Origin: Minisyncoccota bacterium
GTDB taxonomy: Bacteria; Patescibacteriota; Minisyncoccia; Phycocordibacterales; UBA2100
Length of the DNA stretch: 64,000 bases
Direction of reading: 5' to 3'
Assembly (NCBI GenBank): GCA_043780835.1
Contig: JAYWCB010000010.1
Location: 2,845-66,844, forward strand
Shown here: positions 29,861 through 38,210 of the stretch, in pieces
Position numbering within the stretch: position 1 is the first letter of the stretch
How the letters are laid out: the number at the start of each line of letters is the position of its first letter
Notes under the pieces: model-generated
What the model was told of the DNA's origin: nothing
What the model saw: only the letters and a program-made list of their open reading frames with translations
Databases searched by the model: none
Made by a program: the position numbers and the translations under genes

Positions 29861-30673
29861 TCAGATATTGAACACACGTCTCGCATTGTGCAGCAATTGT
29901 TCGCGCACAACCTCCTCATCTTCTCCGCGAATACCGGCGATCGCTTTTACGATATAGGGTACATATGACGATTCGTTTCGCTTCCCGCGATATGGAACGG
30001 GCGTAATGTAGGGCGCATCAGTTTCCGACAGGAGCATGTCGAGCGGCGTGTTTTTTACGACCTCATCGTAATCGTGCGTAAATGTAACGACGCCAGTAAA
30101 CGAAAGTGTGAATCCGATGTCGAGGAATTTCTTTGCCGTTTCCCAGTCGCCGGCAAAGAAATGTACGTCGCCCAATACCTTGGTGTGTGCCCTCAATACT
30201 TCGAGTGCATCGTCGTACGCATTGCGAATATGGAGCATGAGCGGTTTCTGCAAACGGTTTGCAAGATCGATCTGTTCGATAAACGTTTTGATCTGCACAT
30301 CCTTGGTATCTTCTTCCACACGGTAGTAATCGAGGCCGCATTCTCCGATTGCAATGACACGAGGCGATTGCGCGAGAGCTTCGTATGCCGCAGTGTCGAA
30401 TTGCTCCCCTCGAGAAGTGAACTCCTTGCCGCCTTCCCCAAGTTCTTTTTCATCGTGATACGACTTTGCAGTGTGCACCGGATGGAGTCCGATGGTGGCA
30501 TAGATGTGATCGTGCGCTTCGGCGAGCGCAACCGCTTCGCGTGAGGTGTCGAGCTGAGTACCAACCACGTTCATCCCGACACCGACATCGAGCGCTCGTT
30601 GAATCACCTCGTCGCGATCGTCCTTGTACGCGATGAAATTAACGTGCGTATGCGCATCAAAATATTTCATCAT
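29861..30673 (-). CDS. tatD: TatD family metal-dependent hydrolase (DNase)
   Basis: MMKYFDAHTHVNF…, GLHPVH, …GECGLDYY…. Confidence 0.8.
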   Translation of the reverse strand: MMKYFDAHTHVNFIAYKDDRDEVIQRALDVGVGMNVVGTQLDTSREAVALAEAHDHIYATIGLHPVHTAKSYHDEKELGEGGKEFTSRGEQFDTAAYEALAQSPRVIAIGECGLDYYRVEEDTKDVQIKTFIEQIDLANRLQKPLMLHIRNAYDDALEVLRAHTKVLGDVHFFAGDWETAKKFLDIGFTLSFTGVVTFTHDYDEVVKNTPLDMLLSETDAPYITPVPYRGKRNESSYVPYIVKAIAGIRGEDEEVVREQLLHNARRVFNI

Positions 30674-30679
30674 GATGGA

Positions 30680-30925
30680 TCAATATGTATTTTCATCTCT
30701 GCGCCGGACGTCGATAATAACGTTCTGACCGCCGAGTCTGCGAAAAATAACACGGACTTTCCCGACGCGCACTCGGTATTCGTCTTTTCTACCTTTTAAT
30801 TTCTTACAATCCAGGTCCATTACCTCTCCTGAGATGATGTCACGCATAATAGGGATGAGGCCCTCACGCTCCTTTCTTGAAACTTTCAGGAGAAATTTAC
30901 TTACCTTGTCCATGAAGTCTTTCAA
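30680..30925 (-). CDS. RelE/ParE family type II toxin
   Basis: …DEYRVRVGKVRVIFRRLGGQNVIIDVRRRDENTY. Overlaps the upstream antitoxin gene by about 29 nt. Confidence 0.6.
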   Translation of the reverse strand: MKDFMDKVSKFLLKVSRKEREGLIPIMRDIISGEVMDLDCKKLKGRKDEYRVRVGKVRVIFRRLGGQNVIIDVRRRDENTY

Positions 30926-31181
30926 GAGAGGCTAGAACTTCTTCGGCGGGGACCCCACCTTTGCGGATCTTGGTGAAATCAATGACTGTTTTCCAGCCTG
31001 GTCCATCAATCTCCTCGAGATCATACTCAACCTCGCTCGGAGGTACGATCGAAAACACCGGCTTTGAGTGTCGGAAGACGGTAAATTTCTTGCCCTTTCC
31101 TACAGCTTTGATGTAGGTATCTATGTTGTCACGCAACTCCTTGAGACCAATTATTGAATCCGTTGCTATGTATTTAGCCAT
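30897..31181 (-). CDS. Phd/YefM family antitoxin
   Basis: …GLKELRDNIDTYIKAVGKGKKFTVFRHSKPVFSIVPP…. Confidence 0.55.
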   Translation of the reverse strand: MAKYIATDSIIGLKELRDNIDTYIKAVGKGKKFTVFRHSKPVFSIVPPSEVEYDLEEIDGPGWKTVIDFTKIRKGGVPAEEVLASLERLHGQGK

Positions 31182-31276
31182 GCAATAAGTGTACTATTTC
31201 GTCACTTTTTCGTCAACATTACTGAGATCGCTCCAAAGCACCCGTACGTCGCCCGCGCGAACGTCAAAATGCTTCA

Positions 31277-31546
31277 TCAGGACTCGTTATCGTACCCCTT
31301 CACATCGCCGTTTTCCCGCATTTTCTTGTCTTCGTACGGCGCAACGAGCCGTCGATAGAATTCACGGGCGACACTCGAAAGCACTCCCATGACCTCGTTC
31401 AGGTTTCCGTACCGAATGCCTTTTCTTTCGGCATACGAGATGCATAGCCGTGTGATCACATAATTCAACTCGCCAGGACCGTCCGGCTTTAACTCGTTGA
31501 GTATCTTGTCGAAATCCGGCCGCTGTTCTTGTTTTATGTATGGCAT
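31277..31546 (-). CDS. hypothetical protein
   Basis: ORF in operon context between metG and the TA pair. Confidence 0.35.
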   Translation of the reverse strand: MPYIKQEQRPDFDKILNELKPDGPGELNYVITRLCISYAERKGIRYGNLNEVMGVLSSVAREFYRRLVAPYEDKKMRENGDVKGYDNES

Positions 31547-31558
31547 ACCAAAATACTA

Positions 31559-32989
31559 CTATTCTTTTCGCGGGAACAAATTCTCGGGTTTCTTGTTTGC
31601 GAGTACAGCGGCTTTTATTGCCGTACTCGTTGCAGGCATGAATGGCTTGAGTAGATATGCAATTTCATTTAGTTCAGTGACACATTCTCGGATGATTTGT
31701 TTTGCTTTGTCTTCGTCAGTTTTTATAAGCGTGAATGGGCGCTCGTTTGCTAACCGTTGATCGAGAGCCGAAATTCGCGCCCACACGTATTCCAGTGCCG
31801 CTGCAAAGTTAAACGATAGTATGGATTCTGAATACGCCGCGGCCTGCGTAAAGGAAGAGCTTTCGAAAATTGTCAGATGTGTCTCTGAGAGCTTTAGAAC
31901 ACGCGATGCAAGATTTCCAATACCATTCGCAAGATCGGCGTTGTACGCCTCTTTGAAGCGCTCCATGGTCACATCCGAATCATCGAACGGATGCACGTGA
32001 CGGGCAAGGAAATACCGCAGCGCATCAATCCCATACTCATCCACGATAGTCATCGGATCGATTACATTGCCGAGACTTTTCGACATCTTTTGACCACCGC
32101 TCGTTATGAAGCCGTGATAAAAGATTCGGTCAGTATTCTTAACCCCCGCAGACATAAGCATTCCCTGCCACATAATGCTCTGAAATCGCACCTGATCCTT
32201 ACCCGCCATCTGCATTACTTCGCCCTCATTCCAGAATTTCTGAAAATTCCCGTCTGTGTCCTCAGGCCATCCGAGGGTCGAGATGTAATTTGTGAGGGCA
32301 TCAAACCACACGTATATGACCTGCGAGTCATCACCCGGTACCGGTATACCCCATGGCATTTTTTCTTTTACTCGTGATATTGAGAAATCCTGGAGTCCTT
32401 TCTCGACAAATAGCCTCGCCTCGTGTCTGCGCCATTCGGGAACAATGACGCCCTCACGCGATACATAATCAAGGATCGACTGCTGGTATTTGCTGAGTAA
32501 AAAGAAATAATTCTCCTCTTCAAGTTCAATCAGTTCCATATTGGGATGGTTCGGACACTTGCCGTCCACCAGATCCGATTCCTGCATAAAAGCCTCGTCG
32601 CCCACGCAGTACAAACCTTTATAGGTGCGCTTTTCAATGTCACCCTGGGCAAGACATCGTTTCCAAATCTCCTGCGCCGCTGCAACGTGATGCGGATCTG
32701 TCGTTCGGACAAAATGCAGATCCGGAACAAGATTCAATTTGGTTTTGAGCTCGCGAAACTTTGCCGCATATCCATCAACGTATGCTTGAGTATCGGTACC
32801 AGCCTTCTGTGCAGCCTCGTAGAGCTTTTGCCCGTGTTCATCGGTACCGGTCGAGAAAAAGACTTCGTCACCGATAATTTTGCGATACCGGGCTGTGATA
32901 TCGGCCTGTACGAGCTCGAGCGCGAATCCGATATGCGGATCCGCGTTCACGTACGGAAGCGTTGTCGTCAAATAGAAGTTCTTCCCCAT
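31559..32989 (-). CDS. metG: methionyl-tRNA synthetase, short form lacking C-terminal tRNA-binding domain
   Basis: HIGH-type PYVNADPHIGFALELV, KMSKSLGN, MetRS insertion with C-x2-C…C-x2-C-like residues. Confidence 0.9.
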   Translation of the reverse strand: MGKNFYLTTTLPYVNADPHIGFALELVQADITARYRKIIGDEVFFSTGTDEHGQKLYEAAQKAGTDTQAYVDGYAAKFRELKTKLNLVPDLHFVRTTDPHHVAAAQEIWKRCLAQGDIEKRTYKGLYCVGDEAFMQESDLVDGKCPNHPNMELIELEEENYFFLLSKYQQSILDYVSREGVIVPEWRRHEARLFVEKGLQDFSISRVKEKMPWGIPVPGDDSQVIYVWFDALTNYISTLGWPEDTDGNFQKFWNEGEVMQMAGKDQVRFQSIMWQGMLMSAGVKNTDRIFYHGFITSGGQKMSKSLGNVIDPMTIVDEYGIDALRYFLARHVHPFDDSDVTMERFKEAYNADLANGIGNLASRVLKLSETHLTIFESSSFTQAAAYSESILSFNFAAALEYVWARISALDQRLANERPFTLIKTDEDKAKQIIRECVTELNEIAYLLKPFMPATSTAIKAAVLANKKPENLFPRKE

Positions 32990-32998
32990 AGGAGATGA

Positions 32999-34090
32999 CT
33001 ATGCCGCATTACGTACATGTTCCGCAAGCCTGCCCGATTCGATGTCTTTTACAAACTCCTGCAGCGTCGCCGCGACGGGAACAGATAATATGACCCCCAA
33101 AAACCCGGCGAGTTCCGCACCGATAATCAGCGCGAGGATGACAAGCAAAGGCGGCACACCCACAACGCGCGTCACCACCTGCGGATAAATGAGGTGATTT
33201 TCGAATTGTTGAATGACGGTGTAGATAATGACAACAGTGATACCAAGCACCGGCCCGCCGGCAACGAAGCCGATCATGACGGCCGGTGTTGCCGCCAATA
33301 TAGGCCCGAACACCGGGATTAATTCAAACAGCGCCGTGATAACAGCGAGAATGAGCGCGTGCGGTACCTGGAAAATAAGAAGCGAAAGGTACACGAGCAC
33401 ACCAATGAGAACTCCTAAAATAATCTGTCCCTGCATCCACAGACCGATTTTGTGCTGCGAGCGTTTCCAGAGATCTTGTACATACGCGCGATGTGAGCGC
33501 GGAGACACAATGCGAATGAAATCATCCACCCCGGTTTCGACGACCGCAAAGTAAAACGAAAAGACGATAATCAATACAAATGAGAACAGTCCGCCAAAAA
33601 TCTTTGTCGCGGCAGAAAATGTGTTACTCGCGGATCCAAAATCAAACAAACTACGGAAACTCGCGATCACGTCACTTCCGGATAAATTAGCGGACGAGGG
33701 TAATCCGAGAATGCTTGAGTACGCCGTATATGCGCTCGACTGCGTAAATGTATCAAGATACGACGGTAACGAAGCGGCGAACGTACCAAAATCTTTCAGA
33801 AGCGACGGAAAGAAAAAGTAGAATACCAAGAAAAACAGAGTGAACATAAACAAATACAAAATAAGCACCGCAACAACCCGCGGCAACGCATGCCTCGTCA
33901 TTGCACGCACGCCCGGTTCTACCGCAGACGATATGACGACTGCGGTGAGCACGATAAGCACGACGTCGCGCAAAATAAAAAGTATCCACGCAAGCACGAG
34001 GAAGACGATAGTCTTGAGGAGTGTTCCCGATGTAATCGTTACGTGGAGATTCCGCTCGTCCATCCCGTTAGAAATAGGACGCGGACACAT
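32999..34090 (-). CDS. AI-2E family transporter (PerM/YhhT-like)
   Basis: 8-TM profile and conserved AI-2E segments. N-terminus MCPRPISNGMDE is encoded by the repeated regulatory motif. Confidence 0.7.
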   Translation of the reverse strand: MCPRPISNGMDERNLHVTITSGTLLKTIVFLVLAWILFILRDVVLIVLTAVVISSAVEPGVRAMTRHALPRVVAVLILYLFMFTLFFLVFYFFFPSLLKDFGTFAASLPSYLDTFTQSSAYTAYSSILGLPSSANLSGSDVIASFRSLFDFGSASNTFSAATKIFGGLFSFVLIIVFSFYFAVVETGVDDFIRIVSPRSHRAYVQDLWKRSQHKIGLWMQGQIILGVLIGVLVYLSLLIFQVPHALILAVITALFELIPVFGPILAATPAVMIGFVAGGPVLGITVVIIYTVIQQFENHLIYPQVVTRVVGVPPLLVILALIIGAELAGFLGVILSVPVAATLQEFVKDIESGRLAEHVRNAA

Positions 34091-34186
34091 TGGATGTGTC
34101 GCACCCTACTCGACTACTACTCATAAACTCGACGCTTCTGCCATGCTCTGATTCCGCGCGTCCGCGATTTCTAACGGGATCCATGC
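34061..34186 (-). promoter_or_regulatory. inverted-repeat RNA stem enclosing the start codon: arm L 34061-34086 (in CDS), arm R 34154-34186 (5' UTR); core ATCCCGTTAGAAAT
   Basis: Direct reading. Arm R is about 90% identical to 63213-63241. Confidence 0.5.
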
Positions 34187-34196
34187 CCGCATCCTA

Positions 34197-35315
34197 TCAC
34201 GGAGCGTTCCTTTGAGTGATGGTTTGATCAAGTATTTTCCTAACTAAATGATGGGTGTTCCCATGCCGTAGAAGCCCCAGATATGATTGCATTATCGGAT
34301 CATTTTCTGCCACCTCGCGTGTATTTTTGCACGCACGACACTTAGTAGACCTTCGAAGCACGCGATGACGCGGAAAGTGCACCCATCCGAGAAAGTCCAC
34401 GCCGCTCGCGAATGTTTTTATAAATACCTTATCTGGATGCAACTCGAGCTTGAGTTTTTCATGCAGAAATGCCGCGATCTTCGGCAACAATGAGTCAAGG
34501 CGCGGCCTTGATGCAGAGAGTATTACGAAGTCGTCCGCGTAGCGAATGTAGTGCTTCGCTTTGAGCGTCTGCTTTACGTATTGATCGAACTCGTTCATGT
34601 AGATATTCACAAGCAGCTGACTCGTCAGATTACCGAGCGGCAATCCCTTTAAAGTGGAAGGTTTAGCCTTCCACTTTACTCCTCTGCTCATATCCCTATC
34701 TTCGCGCGGTCGCGTAGAAATAGGGATACCGGATCGGAAACTATGGACGACGTTTTTGATGAGCTCAACAGTGCGGATGTCGGGAATATACCCACCTACG
34801 ATGTCGAGAAGGATTGATTGATCGATGCTTGCGAAGAACTTTCGGATATCGCACTTGAGCACCCAACAGGTGCGGGTGTGATTTTTTGATACTTTGTATG
34901 CGAATTCCCGGAAACGATTCATCGCTTTGTGGGTTCCCTTTCCTTTTCTGCATGAATACGAATCTGCGATAAACGTGCGGTCGAAGAACGGGTAGAGTTT
35001 GCGATACAGCGCGTGGTGTAACAGTCGATCGCGTACGCTCGCCTTGTGAATGTCGCGGGGTTTGGGGTCGGATATCTTGAACGCCTCGTATCCGTCGTGA
35101 CGATACGTACCGTTCCTTAGATCGGTATGCAAGGCAAGAACATTACGCATTAGACTAGCTCGAAATTCCTGCACATCCTGCTTCTTTTGTTTTCCCCGCA
35201 CAAATTCTCTCCACGCCGCAAGAAGATTTACAACCGAAATGATATCCTCGTATGAGTGGCTGAAAACTCTCCGAGACTGGACCCCCCCCAACGGCTTTTG
35301 CCTGTTATTGAGCAT
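34197..35315 (-). CDS. DGR reverse transcriptase
   Basis: NLLAAWREFVRGKQKK…LRNGTYRHDGYEAFKISDPKPRDIH…VRDRLLHHAL (bRT-like N-terminus). Motif 4 LPLGNLTSQLLVNIYM (the SQ variant typical of DGR RTs). RYADDFVIL active site. Confidence 0.8.
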   Translation of the reverse strand: MLNNRQKPLGGVQSRRVFSHSYEDIISVVNLLAAWREFVRGKQKKQDVQEFRASLMRNVLALHTDLRNGTYRHDGYEAFKISDPKPRDIHKASVRDRLLHHALYRKLYPFFDRTFIADSYSCRKGKGTHKAMNRFREFAYKVSKNHTRTCWVLKCDIRKFFASIDQSILLDIVGGYIPDIRTVELIKNVVHSFRSGIPISTRPREDRDMSRGVKWKAKPSTLKGLPLGNLTSQLLVNIYMNEFDQYVKQTLKAKHYIRYADDFVILSASRPRLDSLLPKIAAFLHEKLKLELHPDKVFIKTFASGVDFLGWVHFPRHRVLRRSTKCRACKNTREVAENDPIMQSYLGLLRHGNTHHLVRKILDQTITQRNAP

Positions 35316-35678
35316 GCAAAGAAATTGTACATCCTCTGGCTTCCCATACGGCGCAACATGGCACGGGATGAGCGTTTTGGAATCGGCAAACGAATCGACG
35401 AACTTTTGTTATCTGCACTCGAACAATTGCGAGAGGCTTCGTATAGCTCGGGAAGCGGAAAAATAACACTCCTCGGCAAAATTTTGCAAAGCACCGATCT
35501 GCTTCGCTTTTTCTTCCAATTGGCGTGGGAAGGTCAAATTCTCCAACAAAGACAGTACATTCTCCTTGCGGAAAATACGGAGAGTCTCGGCAAAATGGTC
35601 GGCGGATGGCGCAAAGGATTGATTGCAAAAACCCCGCCCCAAGAAAATAAATCCGTGAGCGGGGAAAGAAAAGAGTAG
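35256..35678 (+). CDS. avd: Avd-like accessory variability determinant (four-helix-bundle protein)
   Basis: Helical ORF. LWLPIRRNMARDERFGIGKRIDELLLSALEQL is similar to the Bordetella phage BPP-1 Avd segment YLYPIAQSIPRKHGVAREMFLKCLLGQVEL. Lies on the strand opposite the RT and overlaps its annotated start by about 60 nt; start may instead be at Met35 (35358). Confidence 0.5.
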   Translation: MAENSPRLDPPQRLLPVIEHAKKLYILWLPIRRNMARDERFGIGKRIDELLLSALEQLREASYSSGSGKITLLGKILQSTDLLRFFFQLAWEGQILQQRQYILLAENTESLGKMVGGWRKGLIAKTPPQENKSVSGERKE

Positions 35679-35788
35679 CGAGACAGGACCTGGTTGCCGT
35701 CGTTCCACCTATTCGGGTTCTCGATCGAGTTGGCCTCTACATTCCAGCCACCGTTGTCGGAGTTCCAGTTGGCGTTGACCGCCCAGAG
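35677..35788 (-). repeat. DGR template repeat (TR), 112 bp, AAC/AAT-rich in sense orientation
   Basis: Identical to the VR except at 16 positions, all A in the minus-strand (sense) TR. Encodes …NANWNSDNGGWNVEANSIENPNRWNDGNQVLSR. Confidence 0.85.
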
Positions 35789-36035
35789 CCATATTGTGCA
35801 TTGAGTCACCTATGCCACTGCCCTTTGACTACTCTCAGAGCTGTATCGTATGTGGGACCTCAAAGTCCTCCAACGCAATGCACCGATTCTTAATCTTTTT
35901 TAAGAGCTTCTGCTCGCGCGCTTCCAAGAGATCTCTCCGTTGAAATTCTGACGATGCAAATAACCCGAGGCGCTGCGTGAAATTTGTTACACGTCACACC
36001 AGAGCACTCCTCGCTATGTAGTATACAAAAGAAAA

Positions 36036-36071
36036 GACCCTCTGAAACTGTTTTTAAAGTTTCAGAGGGTC
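36036..36071 (-). terminator. perfect 14-bp hairpin (gaccctctgaaact / agtttcagagggtc) about 50 nt downstream of the VR; terminator and/or DGR cruciform element
   Basis: Direct reading. Confidence 0.55.
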
Positions 36072-36122
36072 AGAAAAGCTGAGGGTTTAAAGTAAAACCC
36101 CAAAGAGAACAAGTGAGAAGAA

Positions 36123-36722
36123 TCAGCGAGACAGGACCTGGTCGCCGCCGCCCCACCTACGCGGGTCCTCGATCGAGTTGGCCTCTACACCCCAGCCACC
36201 GCCGTCGGAGCCCCAGCGGGCGTAGACCGCCCAGAGGATGCCGTTCACGTCGCGGATATACACAATGTTGGCATACCCGCTGGTGAGGAGCGGTCCGACT
36301 TCGCCCTTGCCCTGCTTCGAGAGCAGCGCAAAGAACTGACCGAGCTTGATCTCGCACTTTTCGGCGAGTACCGTAATGATCGGAGTATCGAGCGAGTGTT
36401 CCAGGAGCTTGTGCGCCTTGATGTCGGAGGCATCGCAGATACCCTCAAAAAGTCCGAGGAAGTTCGTGCTGAAGTTGTGGCCGATCCATGCAATACGCAC
36501 CGCAGCCTTCTTTGTGTCGACCGTGAAGTAGTCGGCAGCCTTAAAACCTTCGACGCCGGCGACCGAGGTGGTCGTCACGAGTTCGAGGAGCTTCTTGGGC
36601 TCGCTCGGCTTAGCGACAACGACATGTAGATCTCCGGCGAGTAGACGCATGAATGCGTCTTCGCCCCCGATCTTGTTGATGCCCGCCTCAATCTGGCCAA
36701 GGGTGAGATTGCCATATTTCAT
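36123..36722 (-). CDS. DGR variable (target) protein, 199 aa, no signal peptide
   Basis: C-terminal 37 aa encoded by the VR (…WAVYARWGSDGGGWGVEANSIEDPRRWGGGDQVLSR*). Confidence 0.75.
   Translation of the reverse strand: MKYGNLTLGQIEAGINKIGGEDAFMRLLAGDLHVVVAKPSEPKKLLELVTTTSVAGVEGFKAADYFTVDTKKAAVRIAWIGHNFSTNFLGLFEGICDASDIKAHKLLEHSLDTPIITVLAEKCEIKLGQFFALLSKQGKGEVGPLLTSGYANIVYIRDVNGILWAVYARWGSDGGGWGVEANSIEDPRRWGGGDQVLSR
36125..36236 (-). repeat. DGR variable region (VR)
   Basis: 112-bp copy of the TR with all 16 differences at TR adenines. Confidence 0.85.
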
Positions 36723-36869
36723 GATGGACTCCTTCCCGGCTGTTTGCCGGTGACTTCTCGCTTCCCGCGAGTTGAGGGGCCGTTGACATTTGCCACAGCA
36801 GAAAAGCTTCTTTCATAAAGGCCTGTCTGCTGCGGCAAATCAATTGTCAAAGTGCGCAACCTATTTATA

Positions 36870-38159
36870 TTATACTATACGAGAGGCCAACTTGTCAATA
36901 GGTACGCGCTTCTGGGCACCTGTATCACGGTCGCGAACAGTCACTGTGCCCTCGAGATCCGGGTTTTCACCAAGAGTGTCGAAGTCGATCGTGATACAGA
37001 ACGGCGTGCCGATCTCATCTTGGCGGCGATAGCGCTTGCCGATGTTGCCGTTGTCATCCCACATGATCTGCGGGATATCCTTTTTGAGCATTAAATATAC
37101 TTCTCGCGCCTTCTGCACGAGTTCGGGTTTGTTTTTGAGCAACGGGAAAACCGCCGCTTTCACCGGTGCAACGGCTGTATTAAAGGCAAGATAGGATCGC
37201 GGTTCGCCGCCGAGTTCGTCTTCCCGGTATACCGAGGCAAGCACAGCAAGAAATGTACGATCGACTCCAAACGAGGGTTCAATGACATGCGGAACGAGTT
37301 TGTCCCCTTCTACATCGTCCTGAAATTCAAGACTTTGACCCGAGCCCGTTTGGTGCGCTTTCAAATCGAAGTCGGTGCGATATGCGAGACCGTACAATTC
37401 TTTGCGACCAAATGGGAAATCAAATTCAAAATCGATGGTGCGCTTCGAGTAATGTGCCCGGTCGCCGTCTGCAACTTCGAGCTCGTGTACCGCTGATCGC
37501 GCAATGCCGACAGCCTCGTTAAAGGCATGCACGTTTTCACGCCACATTTCAAATGCTCCTTCCCATGTTTCCGGTCGCACAAAATATTCAATTTCCATCT
37601 GTTCAAGTTCGCGCACGCGGAAAATAAAGTCTCGTGGAGCGATTTCATTGCGAAACGCTTTTCCGATCTGTCCGATACCGAACGGGAGCTTCGGGTGGAA
37701 TGAGTCAACGACATTTTTGAAATTCACAAAAATCCCTCCCGCAGTTTCCGGACGAAGATATGAAACAGCAGCTTCGCCTTCGGTCGCGCCGATCTTCGTC
37801 TCAAACATCATATTGAACTGACGAACTTCGCCGAATGCGCCGCCGCACTCGGGACACGCCTCGCCCACGTGATCGACACGAAAGCGGCGTTTGCATTTTT
37901 TGCATTCAACAAGCGGGTCTGAGAAACCGCTCACGTGGCCGGACGCTTTCCACACCTCCTGATTCATAAGGATCGCGGCATCGAGTCCGTACATATCATC
38001 GCGATTCTGCACAAACATGCGCCACCATATATTCTTGATGTTATTTTTGAGCTCAACGCCAAGCGGACCGTAATCCCATGTACCGGCGAGTCCCCCATAT
38101 ATTTCTGAGCCCTGATACACAAAGCCCTTACGCTTCGCGAGCGAGATGATTTTTTCCAT
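36870..38159 (-). CDS. glyQS: glycyl-tRNA synthetase (class II, alpha2 type)
   Basis: MEKIISLAKRKGFVYQGSEIYGGLAGTWDYGPLG… Start taken at the MEK Met. Confidence 0.9.
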   Translation of the reverse strand: MEKIISLAKRKGFVYQGSEIYGGLAGTWDYGPLGVELKNNIKNIWWRMFVQNRDDMYGLDAAILMNQEVWKASGHVSGFSDPLVECKKCKRRFRVDHVGEACPECGGAFGEVRQFNMMFETKIGATEGEAAVSYLRPETAGGIFVNFKNVVDSFHPKLPFGIGQIGKAFRNEIAPRDFIFRVRELEQMEIEYFVRPETWEGAFEMWRENVHAFNEAVGIARSAVHELEVADGDRAHYSKRTIDFEFDFPFGRKELYGLAYRTDFDLKAHQTGSGQSLEFQDDVEGDKLVPHVIEPSFGVDRTFLAVLASVYREDELGGEPRSYLAFNTAVAPVKAAVFPLLKNKPELVQKAREVYLMLKKDIPQIMWDDNGNIGKRYRRQDEIGTPFCITIDFDTLGENPDLEGTVTVRDRDTGAQKRVPIDKLASRIV

Positions 38160-38210
38160 CGTTACATCCGACATATCAGAGGAGTGTACCGAAGCGCGGC
38201 CGTTTAACAA

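Larger units (their letters stand above)
34197..36722 (-). mobile_element. diversity-generating retroelement (DGR) cassette: RT, Avd-like ORF, TR, target gene with C-terminal VR
   Basis: TR and VR differ only at template adenines; DGR-type RT motifs; see component features. Confidence 0.8.

Noticed and set aside
35534-35809. 91-aa ORF resembling the C-terminus of the 36123..36722 protein (possible truncated paralog)
   Set aside because: It is the DGR template repeat read in frame. The stop codon is replaced, but it is not an independent gene.
34197-36000. Group II intron (RT with YADDFVIL, putative GUGUG 5' end at about 35999 after a terminator hairpin, class-C-like)
   Set aside because: The RT carries DGR-type motifs (SQ variant of motif 4, bRT-like N-terminus). 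A TR/VR pair with adenine-only differences and an Avd-like ORF are present. No convincing domain V/VI could be read.
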